A stretch of 64,000 nt of DNA. Origin: Octopus sinensis. Taxonomy: Eukaryota. The stretch is taken from positions 63,550,001 through 63,614,000 of the forward strand of contig NC_043003.1 in NCBI RefSeq assembly GCF_006345805.1, given 5' to 3'. This document shows, in pieces, positions 11,905-24,464 of this stretch. The notes beneath the pieces were generated by a model. The model was not told the origin of the DNA, did not search any database, and saw only the letters and a program-made list of their open reading frames with translations. Position numbers and translations under genes: made by a program. The first letter of the stretch is position 1, and the number at the start of each line of letters is the position of its first letter.

Positions 11905-12205
11905 TCCTTAGTCGAAAAGCACCCGTTGTTAATGTCCTGTTATTTGTATTTGTGTACCATTTCTCCGGGTTTTTTTTCGTCCAAGTTTTCGTACACATTC
12001 GGTGCTTTCTTCCAAGGAATCTGGTGCTCTTAGCTTAGTTTTTCCTTGACACTGGCCAGATTGGAGCAATCTCGAGTATAACCAGCCGAAATTGCAAAGA
12101 TAATCTGGAACTCGACTGAGGAAAGAAAACTCTGAATGACCCGTCCTTGTTTTCTTTACATTGTCTGTCTGGATGTTTTACGCGTTCTTGTCCAATGTTT
12201 GTATT
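11905..12205 (+). repeat. Dispersed repeat, copy of 6195-6485
   Basis: Co-linear similarity over ~290 bp; ends in (TA)n. Confidence 0.9.
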
Positions 12206-12219
12206 TTTTATATACATAC

Positions 12220-12286
12220 ATACATATATATATATATTATATATATATAATATATATATACAATATATATACATATATATATATAT

Positions 12287-12330
<44 letters not shown>

Positions 12331-12388
12331 ATATATACATATATATACATACATATATATATACATATACATATATATAATACATATA

Positions 12389-12441
<53 letters not shown>

Positions 12442-12450
12442 CATATAATA

Positions 12451-12482
<32 letters not shown>

Positions 12483-12764
12483 ATACATATATACATATAT
12501 ATATATATACATATATACATAATATATATATACATATATACATATATATATATATATACATATATACATATATATATACATATATACATATATATATACA
12601 TATATACATATATATACATATATACATATATATATATACATATATACATATATATAATATATACATATATATATATACATATAACATATATATATAATAT
12701 ATATATACATATATATATTATATATATATATACATATATATATTATACATATATATATATATAT

Positions 12765-12800
<36 letters not shown>

Positions 12801-12942
12801 ATATATACATATATATATATATATACACATATATATATATATTATATATATATATATATACATATATATTATATACATATATATTATACATATATATATA
12901 TAATATACATATTATATATATATACATATATATATATATATA

Positions 12943-12973
<31 letters not shown>

Positions 12974-13185
12974 ATATATATATACCTGTGTGTGTGTATA
13001 CATACATACACACACACACACACATTAACATATATATATATATATATATATATACCTGTGTGTGTATACATACATACACACACACACACATTAACATATA
13101 TATATATATATAATATATATACCTGTGTGTGTATACATACATACACACACACACACACATTAACATATATATATATATATATATG
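12220..13185. repeat. ~1 kb (TA)n/(TATAC) microsatellite expanse ending in a 3-copy ~62 bp minisatellite
   Basis: Direct reading; tatacctgtgtgtgtatacatacatacacacacacacacattaac occurs at ~12981, 13051 and 13118. Confidence 0.95.
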
Positions 13186-14675
13186 TAATATGATTTAGTG
13201 GTGTATCAGCTGAATTTCGAAATGCAGTGAGTGGTGCGAGACTGACTGGAAATCTTTATCAGAAAGTATCGCGAAGTGTAACGCTTTGGGATTTTCGTAG
13301 AATTTCTAACATGAACAAAACAATTTAAACAGCATTTCAAAGTTTTAGAACTCACTATTTTATGCGTTCTTCTGTAGTACATACAGATCGAGGATGTTCT
13401 GTTTTTTGAAATTGTTTTTGAAAAATGCTTGCAGCTCCAAATGAGCTAGTTCCAGGCAAAAAAAATAAATAAATAAAATAGATAAGAGAAATGAATAATG
13501 AGGAAATAGAAGAGAAGGAAAAGCGATTTAAAACTCAAATTCATTTCTTTAACGAACTTCTAAAATAAATATTCCTCTTGGAATAAGTTCTTTTAAGACG
13601 AAGGAAAGAATTTATAAAAGAAATGATACTTAAAAGAAAAAAGAAAAGGAACACAAAATAGAAGCACAACGGTAAAAAAGAACTTCAAAGTTAAAATGAT
13701 GTTAAGATTGTAACTGATATAAAGTAATAGGGAGGAAGAGGTTGAAATTTTGTGAAATAGAGAGAGGGAACATTCTTTGGGGAGAGAGAGAGAGAGAGAG
13801 AGAGAAAGGGTGAAAGGGAAGGCGAAGACAAGTTTGTTAAACGTATTATTACTGCTTGTAAGTTGTAAGTGCAGAGATAAACGAAAGAACGATTTGTGGA
13901 TGAACATTAAAAACTGTTTTAATGTTCAACTACAAGTTAATCTGGGATATCGTTTACGTTGACGATATCCCAGCGTTAGGTTGAATTCAAAGAGACAAGC
14001 TTTCAATATAGTTTGATATATCTTTTAAGAATATTATCTTGGCATGCAAATGAACTAACACAAGAGAGAAGTTTACATTTAACTATTTTCTGTAAAACTA
14101 CATTCTCCAGAAATGCAAAAATAAAGAAGGATGTGTCGAAAAAAAAAAATTGGAAAATTTTCAGGAAACGAAACGAGAAATCCAGAAACCATACAGGGAA
14201 ATGAACCAATATAAAATAAAGTTTGTGTGAAAAATTGCTAATGCTTTCACTTAAACAATATCTGATGAGAATATTCCATTTTTGTTGCATTATTACAATC
14301 CTAAAACACTTATTCTCCGGGACATGAATTTGTTTAACTTTGAGCGACTTGCTTCCAATAAATAATGATTGAAATCCTACAGTGTATTAAAGTTACTGGA
14401 TTAAGAAGGATTTGTACCAATACAATTTTCTCATTTTGGTGAGCGACGCACTTCTGTAAAGTATTGCATCACACTCGAGAATCTATTCTCATTAAAATAT
14501 ACCGGCTGAGAGCGCATGTCATGTTTGCTTATATAAAACTGGTGTAATGTGAATATCTGCCAATGTACATATATGCATACACAATTACACACACACACAC
14601 ACACATACATACCTACATACATACGTACGTATGTACATACATACATACATACATATATTATTGTATGTGTGTATT

Positions 14676-14709
<34 letters not shown>

Positions 14710-14748
14710 CATATGTGTGCGTGAATATATATACATACATATATATAT

Positions 14749-14796
<48 letters not shown>

Positions 14797-14797
<1 letters not shown>

Positions 14798-14948
14798 GGC
14801 GGAGGAGTGGCTGTGTGGTTCTGGGTTCAGTCCCACTGCGTGACACCTTGGGCAAGTGTCTTCTACAATAGCCTCGGGCCGATCAAAGCCTTGTGAGTGG
14901 ATTTGATAGACGGAAACCGAAAGAAGCCCGGTGCTTTCATGTTTGGAT

Positions 14949-14989
<41 letters not shown>

Positions 14990-15210
14990 TCTTTTATTTG
15001 TTTCAGTTATTTGACTGTGGCCATGTTGGAGCACCGCCTGTAGTCGAGCAAATCGACCCCAGGACTTATTCTTTGTAAGCCTAGTACTTATTCTATCAAT
15101 CTTTTTTGCCGAAGCGCTATGTTACGGGGACGTAAACACACCTGCATCGGTTGTCAAGCGATGTTGGGGGGGGACACAGACACACAAACTTATACACACT
15201 CATGCATATA

Positions 15211-15295
<85 letters not shown>

Positions 15296-15800
15296 CATGT
15301 TAGTGTTTCTATGTACCCCCACCATCGCTTGATAACCGATGTTGGTGCTTTTGCGTCCCCGTAACTTAGTAGTTCGGCAAAAAGAGCCGATAAGTACTAG
15401 GCTTACAAAGAATAAGCCCTGGGGTCGATTTATTCGACTAAAGGCGGTGTGAAATGCTTTCGTTTGCCGTTGCGTTCTGAGTTAAAATTCCGCCGAGGTC
15501 GACTTTGACTTTCATCCTTTCGGGGTCGATAAATTAAGTACCAGCTACGTACTGGGGTCGATGTAGTCGACTTAATCCGTTTTCTGTACTTGTTTGTTCT
15601 CTCTGTGTTTAGCCCCTTGTGGGTAGTAAAAAAATAGGATTTCGTCTATCTCTACGTTTTGATTTCAAATTCCACCGAAATGGACTTTGTGTTTCATCCT
15701 TTCAAGGTCGATAAATTAAGTAGCATTCGCGTACTGGGGTTGATCTAATCAACTGGCCCCCTCCCACAAAAAATTTCGGGCGTTGTGCCTAGAGTAGAAA
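14797..15800. mobile_element. Nested SINE cluster: B head (+), B tail (-), B tail (+), then dimeric family A (+)
   Basis: Diagnostic motifs at ~14797 (ggcggaggagtggctgtgtgg), 14995-15200, 15310-15450 and 15455-15800. Confidence 0.8.
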
Positions 15801-16547
15801 AGAATATAAGAGTCACATTTGTAATATAGTCAGTTGAAAATCTTCAATCATTTGTAGCTATCACTTTAGTGGAAGACAAAACTCCCTAGAGGAAGTTTCG
15901 CCTTTTACTAAAGTGATAAAAATCTAACACTCAACAAACAAGGGAATAACTCTAATAATATCAGCCACTCCAGTTTTATTGGAAAATAAAGACTGTTCTT
16001 AATGCCGAGTATTCGGACAAGGTTTACACAATGATTTAAGTTGCAAGAACAGATGTATTCTGACGACATATTAAAGAAACACAAGAGTGATCTTTCAGTT
16101 ATTTGATAGATGTGCAATGTTATTAACTGACAGACACAAGACATGATAATTTGGATGATGTAAATACATTGGCGATGAAGACACTCATACCACTTGCTAT
16201 AAATTTAGGTTTCTAGGCGGACAACTAATAGACATAAGATTGCGGTTATATGGTCTAATGAGAATAGATATTTATCAAATATTTTATCTCTTTCCATCTT
16301 TCCCTTAAATCATATAGGACTACATTAGTCATTGTCGTCTGATACATGCAAAAAACAAGACAGTCACGACCGGACCATCTCATTGAGATTCCTTTGTTTT
16401 TTTTTCTCCCTATTTTTTTTTCAGTCCTCATTTATCTTTTCCGTAGAAGAGCGTCTGCTCGAAACATTCACGACTTCTTCCAATTTTCCCGAGCGTCAAC
16501 CCTGTTTCCCTTTTACTTCAATTTGGTGTTTTAAAAAATTTTTGTGT

Positions 16548-16579
<32 letters not shown>

Positions 16580-16903
16580 GGAGATGTACTTGCATAGCGA
16601 GTGACTTGATCGGAAATCGTGTGCTGGAACGAAAACAATTGCAGCGTTGAAGGTGTTTATAAGCCATTTAAGAAACACACAAAGCCGTTAGATTCACTTC
16701 AACGTTTAAATTTCATTCCATTTAAATATATATTTCGCTAAGCATTTCGCGAGGCGTGCTAATGTTTCTGCCAGCTCGCCGCCTTTATGTGACTCTTAGA
16801 TTGTATGTGAATTTAGTACGATCTACGCTTCCGTATTGCGTTTCTCCTCAGCCTTATTGTTGCCTTTCATAATCACTACTTTCAATATATGCCTATATAT
16901 TGA

Positions 16904-17308
16904 GCGCAGGAGTGACTGTGTGGTAAGTAGCTTGTTTACCAACCACATGGTTCCAGGTTCAGTCCCACTGCGTGGCACCTTGGGCAAGCGTCTTCTACTA
17001 TAGCCTCGGGCCAACCAAAGCCTTGTGAGTGGATTTGGTAGACGGAAACTGAAAGAAGCCCGTCGTATATATGTTTATATATATGTGCGTGTGTGTGTTT
17101 GTGTGTCTGTGTTTGTCCCCCTAGCATTGCTTGACAACCGATGCTGGTGTGCTTATGTCCCCGTTACTTAGCGGTTCGGCAAAAGAGACCGATAGAATAA
17201 GTACTGGGCTTACAAAAGAATAAGTCCCGGGGTCGAGTTGCTCGATTAAAGGCGGTGCTCCAGCATGGCCGCAGTTAAATGACTGAAACAAGTAAAAGAG
17301 TAAAAGAG
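16904..17308 (+). mobile_element. SINE family B, full length (~405 bp)
   Basis: gcgcaggagtgactgtgtggtaagtagc...ggttcagtcccactgcgtggcaccttgggcaag...ggcggtgctccagcatggccgcag...gtaaaagag. Similar in size to the tRNA-derived OK/OR SINEs described from octopus; family assignment not verifiable here. Confidence 0.9.
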
Positions 17309-17562
17309 ATATATTTTATAGACCCTGAAAGAATGAAAGGCAAAGTCGATCTTAGCAGTATCTGAGCTCAGAACACAGACAGCCAGAAGAAATGCCGCTA
17401 GATATTTTGTCCGGTGCAATGATGATTCTACCTGCTCACAACCTTAGCGGTAATATTAACGGGGAAAGGAATACCTGCAAGAACTGCACAAACAGTAATG
17501 GCAAAAATCAAATTCAAGCGAACATGGAGAAACAGAAATATCACCATGTAAAGTAATATGGT

Positions 17563-17860
17563 GGAGGCACATGGCCATAGTGGTTAGAGTAGCGGACTCG
17601 CAGTCGAGTGATCGCGGGTTCGAATCTCAGACCGATGTGTGTTTATGAGCGAAACACCTAAGCTCCACGCGGCTCCGCCAGAAGGTAATGGCGAACTCCT
17701 GCTGACTCTTTCGCCATAACTTTCTCTCACTCTTTCCTCTTGCATCTTGCAGCTCACCTGCGACGGACCGGCGTCCCATCCAGGTGGGGAACCTATTCGC
17801 CAAAGAAACCGGGAAACCGGCCCTTATGAGCCAGGCATGGCTCAAGAAGGAATTTATCAA
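17563..17860 (+). mobile_element. tRNA-derived SINE, family C
   Basis: A box tggccatagtggttagagtagcgg and B box gggttcgaatctc; body gagcgaaacacctaagctccacg shared with 35601 and 51205. Confidence 0.85.
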
Positions 17861-17874
17861 AGTAATGTGAGATT

Positions 17875-18180
17875 CCGTCCTGCACCGGTGCTCTCCATCT
17901 CCTTGTGTGCATGAGAGAGATGGAATCTTACGGCAGAGATACAGAGAAAGATGTTGGAAACGAATATGCTGTTGTAGTATCTTCGGAATCTCTTATTTGT
18001 ACTACATTACTAATGAGCAGGATCACGAAATCATGAAACGTCTCAAAAATCCCATGAAGGCCTTTTTGCAACAGAGAAGAAGAGAAATCTGAGAAAATAT
18101 GGTCACGTGACATGATACAATGGCTCATGCAAAAGGCCGTTCTTTGAGGAACAATGGTGGGCGGAGAAAGGGAGGCTAAT
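17875..18180 (+). mobile_element. RTE-clade LINE, degenerate post-RT fragment
   Basis: Broken frames read ERWNLTAEIQRK, IFGISYLYYITNEQ, RRREI and YGHVT, like RTE WTLTAE..LGISYRDHITNE..KWYGHVTR. Confidence 0.7.
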
Positions 18181-18764
18181 GTTTCTGATCCTGAAGGTCA
18201 CAGTATAATTCTAAAAAGGCCATGAATACAAAACCCTTTACTTACTATTGTGCGTGTACGTTTGTATTTGTCCTCAAACCAGCATCGTTTGACGATCAGT
18301 GTTGGTTTGTTTACGTTCCCGCAACTTAGACGTTCAGCAAAAATGACTGACAGAATAAGCGCCTGATTTTAAAAAAGAAAAATACTGGGATCAATTTATT
18401 TAATTAAAACTCTTGATGGCTGTACCCCAGAATGGCCACAGTCCTACGACTGGAACAAATAAAGAGAAAAATAATATTTCCGATAAATCAAATCCATAAC
18501 AACAACAAAATACTGGAAACAAAAACAGCGGAATACTTTCCGAAGAAAAGCATGAGAACTCAAATGCACCTCGCTGGAATGTATTATTAATAATAAAAAG
18601 ATGAATTGTGAAGGAATATCGATTTTCCAAAACAAGATGCAATAGCAAAAAGCTGAAAACCGCTGATATAAAGAATCAGATTGGACTAGATTGGAAATGA
18701 TATTGAGTGGAAATTTATTTTACGCTTCGTAAAAGATTACTTATAAAACAAAGATTGTTCGTAT

Positions 18765-19128
18765 ATGCATGGCTATGTGGTAAGAAGCTCGCTTCGCAAC
18801 CAGGTGGCTTCGGGTTAAGTTCCACTGCGCAGCATGTTGGGTAAAGTGTCCTCTGCTAGTGGACTAATAATGCTTTGTGAGCGAATTTAGTAGACGAAAA
18901 TTGCATGGAAGCCTGCCGTAAATATGTGTATGTGTGCGTGTATGTATATATATATATATATATACAGGCACAAGAGTGTCTGTGTGGTAAGTAGCTTGCT
19001 TACCAACCACATGGTTCCGGATTCAGTCCCACTGCGTGGCACCTTGGGCAAGTGTCTTCTACTATAGCGTCGAGCCGACTAATGCTTTGTGAGTGGATTT
19101 GTAGACGTAAACTGAAAGAACCCCGTCC

Positions 19129-19130
<2 letters not shown>
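18765..19130 (+). mobile_element. Two SINE family B 5' halves, each ending in (TA)n
   Basis: ggctatgtggtaagaagc at ~18770 and gtgtctgtgtggtaagtagc at ~18975. Confidence 0.8.
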
Positions 19131-19163
<33 letters not shown>

Positions 19164-19619
19164 GATATATATATATATATATATATACACAATCAGGAAC
19201 GCCATAATAGGCATTCACCACTAGAAATAACAGCCAAAGCTTCAACCGCAAAATAACATTAATTCCGTAAACCAGATAGGATAAAATTAAAAAAACATTT
19301 ACCCTGTAATTTCTTATACGATGCACACCGTTTCATCTACTGTTTAATGGTAACTAACAACCTGATTAAATTAAATCAAGCCAATCTTCCATAGGCCCTT
19401 AGAATCGTCGTAGAAATAGCCAGATCGGAACAGATATTTTCACGAGGCATTTCTGTCCCTGCCTCGGCAATATCTGACCTAAATTTTCAAATCATCGCAC
19501 TCGCGCCAAATTTATCGGCAGCAAATAAATATAAGCCGCGATTCCCATTACGGAATTAACCAGAAATTCATAATGGACTGAAATAAATAAAAAATAAATA
19601 AAAGGATAAAAGAATAAAG

Positions 19620-19662
<43 letters not shown>

Positions 19663-19678
19663 CACACATATATATAAA

Positions 19679-19829
19679 CAGTAATCCCTCGCCATATCGC
19701 GGTTCACCTATCGCGCATTTCGTATATCGCATGTTTCTGCGGCCGATAGGTTTTTATACATTTTTAGATTTTAATTATTACTGTGGGAAGTTTTGAAACG
19801 TAACACTCGCGATAATCGAGGGATTACTG
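19679..19829. mobile_element. Tigger/pogo-type MITE
   Basis: TIRs CAGTAATCCCTCG ... CGAGGGATTACTG followed by TA. Confidence 0.85.
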
Positions 19830-19874
19830 TAAACATACATACATACATACATACATACATACATACTTACATTA

Positions 19875-20032
19875 TTGCAAGGAAGAAAGTAAATTTCGAA
19901 CGCAGTAAAGCTGTAAGAATATCAGAGGAATCTTGGGTATTTACCCTTCTAAGACGGAAATAGGGTAAATACCCAATCTTTTTCTGCTGTCCTTACACCT
20001 TTACTACGTTCAAAATTTACTTTTTGTCTGCA
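19875..20032. repeat. ~160 bp fold-back palindrome
   Basis: 19886-19917 vs 19992-20023 pair 29/32; inner perfect 15 bp TTGGGTATTTACCCT (19933-19947) / AGGGTAAATACCCAA (19962-19976). Confidence 0.9.
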
Positions 20033-20382
20033 AAATACGAACCACATTCGACGCTTCTAAAGTTTGTTTACAAGAAGTTGTTATATATATATATATAATA
20101 TGTATATATATAAAATTCAATACACACAATATATGTTTTTATGTGCTATTATTAGTTACATGCGCTGAGATCATGCCAGACAGTATTTTTTTACCACGTC
20201 TGGTGTTTTAGCACAATCATCAGGTACTGCCCACAACGAACTAAAAATGGGACAGTAAGATAAGAGAAAACGAGAAAAGTCGAGAAAGAAGTAGATATTA
20301 AAAGGTGGAAAGCTGAAACACACACACACACACACACACAACACACACACACACACGCATATTCTGATATATATATATATAT

Positions 20383-20766
20383 ATATTATATAAAATCCGT
20401 TCTGTCTGCCTGTGTGTGTGTCTTCTAGGATCTCGGGCATCCTCCATCCGATTGCGCTCAAATTTGATATGTAGATACCAACGGTATCAGGGCGTGTATA
20501 AGCCTTGAAAAAATTACAAAAAGCGATTCCAGGGGATAATACGATCGATAAAGCCGTGGGAACGTGCATTTGTAAAATCGTTTTTCTTGGAATAGAAAAA
20601 AGTCTATCTTTATTTCTTCTTTTGCTGGTGTCTCAAATTTTGGTTAAATCAGTGTTTCTCAAAGGGGAGGCCTTTTGGACGGTTGGACAAGTTGTTTTGA
20701 CAAAATTTGGTTTAAATGTTTGACAACTCAGCACCGTCCATTGACGGGGGGTTGCGTTTTGCTCAT

Positions 20767-20770
<4 letters not shown>
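20383..20770 (+). mobile_element. Possible non-autonomous Helitron-like element
   Basis: Starts at the edge of (TA)n with ..ttatataaaatccgttctgtctgcctgtgtgtg, has catccgattgcgctcaaattt, and ends with a ccgtccattgacgg hairpin and catagat|atatat; layout recalled from Lep1-type helitrons. Confidence 0.4.
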
Positions 20771-20809
<39 letters not shown>

Positions 20810-20994
20810 TATATATATATATATATGTATATATAAAACTTTTGTATGTGCATATGCATGGAAGTATGCATGCATGCATGTATATGAATATAATATTAAA
20901 GATACATGCACACAACTACACCCCCACACATATCTATAGTGATCAACAATTGTGAAAGATAAAATAAGAACGAGGTGTAAGTATTAGTTTCATG

Positions 20995-21045
20995 CCCTTA
21001 GTGGCGCCTTTGGCGTTTCAAGCTTACACCACTCGTCAGAAAGTT
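20995..21045 (-). ncRNA. Degenerate hammerhead-ribozyme-like motif
   Basis: Minus strand CTGACGA-GTGGTGTAAGCTT-GAAA-CGCC aaa GGCG-CC; core and stem III present, U16.1 replaced by C, stems I and II weak. Confidence 0.35.
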
Positions 21046-21219
21046 ACATAGAAAGAAATGTGCAGAAGAGCAGAAAAAAATACCGGGTGAAGGGAGAAAT
21101 TGTTGTTGGTCTGAGTCAAGTAATACTGATGACGTCCATACATGCATACCTGCATATATATATATATATATATTTTTTTATTTTAATATATTATATATAT
21201 AATATATATAATTTATATA

Positions 21220-21251
<32 letters not shown>

Positions 21252-21278
21252 ATTTGACAAGTGAATTATTGGAAGAAT

Positions 21279-21320
21279 CCACTGAAGATGTCGATCAAAG
21301 ACAAGAAACGATTGTAGTGG
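21279..21320 (+). ncRNA. Minimal type-I hammerhead-ribozyme-like motif
   Basis: CCA-CTGAAGA-TGTC gatcaaa GACA-A-GAAAC-GATT-GTA-GTGG; ACGATTGT is self-complementary with G-U pairs; stem I is off by one base. Confidence 0.5.
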
Positions 21321-21399
21321 CGGTTTTTTGATATTTATTAAAATTTTAGTATGATTAAGTCTTTCAATATGTTTGTTTTGCAAATAGTGGGGTTTGTCT

Positions 21400-21570
21400 C
21401 GAATAATATTTTTTTTATATATATATATATAGATAATATATACATAATAGATATATATATGACATATATATAATTATATATATAAATATATCTAATTAAT
21501 TTATATATACAATATATATATATATATATTGTATCTACATATATATATATATATAACATAATATATAATA

Positions 21571-21605
<35 letters not shown>

Positions 21606-21606
21606 C

Positions 21607-21637
<31 letters not shown>

Positions 21638-21723
21638 GTATATGTTTGCAGAAATATGCATACTTATATAACATATTATATATGCGTATATATTATTCAT
21701 ACACATGCACACTCATATATATA

Positions 21724-21755
<32 letters not shown>

Positions 21756-21781
21756 GCAACGTTTTATCAATATTATACGTG

Positions 21782-21824
<43 letters not shown>

Positions 21825-22034
21825 ATATATATATGCGTGTGTGGGTTTTGATTTGGTACACACATACGTCCAAATTATGTATATATATGTGTATGTATAT
21901 AGTACATATATTATTATTACTGTACATACACATGTATACATAATTTAGATGTATGTACAGTACATAAATTATTCGTTCGGATGTTTTGTGTGTGTGTATT
22001 TATGTTTGTTCATGTGTTTGTATTTGTGTGTGTG

Positions 22035-22088
<54 letters not shown>

Positions 22089-22100
22089 GTGTGTGGTGTA

Positions 22101-22137
<37 letters not shown>

Positions 22138-22140
22138 TTG
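21400..22140. repeat. (TA)n then (TG)n microsatellite field
   Basis: Direct reading. Confidence 0.95.
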
Positions 22141-22639
22141 TGTGTACGCGCTGTGAATTTATTCAAGTTTTATTGAATTGCTAAAGAGAAGCACCGATAT
22201 CGTGTGTCTAGCACACCTGACGCGGATATTGAGTTATTCAATCGAGTTTCAATAAGGCAAAGCCAAATACAGAGTGAAAGACAAGGGAGAGGTGAAGGGT
22301 GTCTGTAATACAGAGAGGAGAGAGAGAGAGAGAGAGAGGGGGGGGGAGGGAGAGAGCGAGTAAGGGAAAAGGAGTAGGCGGGCGGAAAAAAAAAATAACA
22401 AGAGGTATAGAAAACGAAAACAAAGTAATGGTATGAACGAAGCGATGGGAGGCTTTCCGTTCTAGCGAATGCTTGTTTATTCGTCACATCAAATATTGGT
22501 AGAGAAGGAAAATGAATAGAGAAATAATAAAATTAAAAAAATGCGAGAAACTTGTTTTGCTGTAGAGGCTGACTCATCAGGTTTTTGTTATTGTTCACGT
22601 TGTTGTCGTTGTTGTTGTGTTTGCTGGCACCAGATATAT

Positions 22640-22694
<55 letters not shown>

Positions 22695-22737
22695 TATATA
22701 GAAGGAGCTTCTACAGGACTAGAACTGTTTCATTCAT

Positions 22738-22780
<43 letters not shown>

Positions 22781-23213
22781 TACATATATGTATGTATGTA
22801 TGTATGTATATTTTTTTGTATCATTGGAAAGAAGAAAGCCATACAATTTGATGTGTATATGTTTACGTTTGGTCTTTGTGTTTTTGCATCCAGTACAATC
22901 GTACAGTTGTACTGTTGTACAGATGGACTTAAAACATATGAATTAAGGAAAAAAAAATTCTAATGCAACGAGTACATATTTGCATATTCTGCAATGCAAG
23001 CAAGATCTTGTGCTCGGCTAGAGTAATTTAATCAAGATAAACTGAAAGTAGAAGGTGAAACGCTTGTGTGATAACTATGAAACATACATATATGTTTAGC
23101 CATACAGACATAAACATCATACATACACAGACTCACATGCGTATGCATGTGATAATATATATATATGCATGTATGCATATATATATTTATATACATAATA
23201 TATATATGTATGA

Positions 23214-23265
<52 letters not shown>

Positions 23266-24024
23266 ATGCATTTATATACACATTGGTATACATAATATTT
23301 ATGTATAAATGTGTGTATATGTATATGTATGTATGTATGCATGTATGTATGTATGTATGTATGTGTGTATTGTGTGTGTGTGTACGTATGTTTGTGTGTA
23401 TATATGTATATGTGTATGTATGTGTGTGCATGTATGCATATACATATGTATGTATGTATGCATGTATATATGTATGTATGTATGTATATATGTATGTGTG
23501 TATGTATGTATGTATGTACGTATATATGTATGTATGTATGTATGTAGTATGTATGTATGTATGTATGTATGTATGTATGTATGTATGTATGTGCGTATGT
23601 AAGGTTTGATTGTTTTCCAAATAAATTACATCTTAAGAAAGAGACGGATGTAGAGAATTAAAGATTATGCTACATTGCCAGCTTCCCAAAGTTAAGGATC
23701 TTTATTCGGAAATAAAAACAAAAAGGTAACACACATTCATACCCCCCCCCCACACACACAAACACACATACATATATATACACACATACAATATTCCTTC
23801 ACCTGATGCGATGAATCGATGAAATAGTTTTCAATAAAACGTGGTTGTTTTTTTATCAATCTGCTAAACAGATATCACTAGAAAAATTGAGCCTTGGAGA
23901 AACCTTAGATATAGGTTCACTCCCAGTGCCCGACACTTTGGACAAGTGTCTTCCACTATAGCACCTGATCAACCAATGCTTTGTGAGTGAATTAAGTAGA
24001 CGGAAACTGTGTAGAAGCTTGTCG

Positions 24025-24056
<32 letters not shown>

Positions 24057-24090
24057 AAATCAAAATAAGCAACAGGATATAAAGAAATGA

Positions 24091-24177
24091 TGCAGTACGA
24101 CCGTTTCAAGCGGCTCTATTTAATTGAACAATGCAATCATTACATCAGTTTAAATGCAGGGCTATCATCAGCTGCAC
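24091..24177 (-). ncRNA. Type-I hammerhead ribozyme candidate, minimal dimer type
   Basis: Minus strand GTGCAG-CTGATGA-TAGC...GCTT-GAAAC-GGTC-GTA|CTGCAT: intact core, 5-6 bp stem I, self-complementary stem III (ACGGTCGT), GUA triplet, extended stem II. Confidence 0.7.
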
Positions 24178-24226
24178 AAATAAATAAATAGAATTTTAAT
24201 CAGTCGGACACATTAATATATATATA

Positions 24227-24464
24227 CATTAATTCCTCGCTATATCGCGGTTCACCTATCGCTGTTCATCTATCGTGGTTTATTATTTAAGCTTTCATCG
24301 ATTCCTCCGTGGTGTTGTTTTGTATTTATAATAAAATAAATATATAAAAATTCTGAAAATAATAATAAGAAAACATACAGTACAGTGCTGTTTCTACTTC
24401 GTGGTTTTTCATCTCTCGCAGGTTTTTTTTAAACGTAACACCCGCAATAGTCGAGGGATTACTG
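24227..24464. mobile_element. Tigger/pogo-type MITE (same family as 19679-19829)
   Basis: TA|CATTAATTCCTCG ... CGAGGGATTACTG|TA; shared atatcgcggttcacctatcgc. Confidence 0.85.

Noticed and set aside
12035-13198. Long YI/IY/CV ORFs (also 21646-22184, 23032-23620, 37586-38882, 40629-40999, 44962-45876, 62445-63103)
   Set aside because: Stop-free microsatellites; no coding signal.
16058-16100. CTGACGA...GAAAC hammerhead-like match
   Set aside because: Stems I and II do not form and there is no NUH in register.
17563-17640. tRNA-like cloverleaf heads (also 35601, 51400, 61455)
   Set aside because: They continue into SINE bodies and lack a proper acceptor stem, so they are not tRNA genes.
19256-19562. 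12 bp inverted repeat TTAATTCCGTAA / TTACGGAATTAA
   Set aside because: Too short and AT-rich to call a piggyBac-type MITE without other copies.
22545-22582. Minus-strand CTGATGAG...CAAAAC motif (similar case at 20180-20225)
   Set aside because: G12 is missing and there is no coherent stem I.
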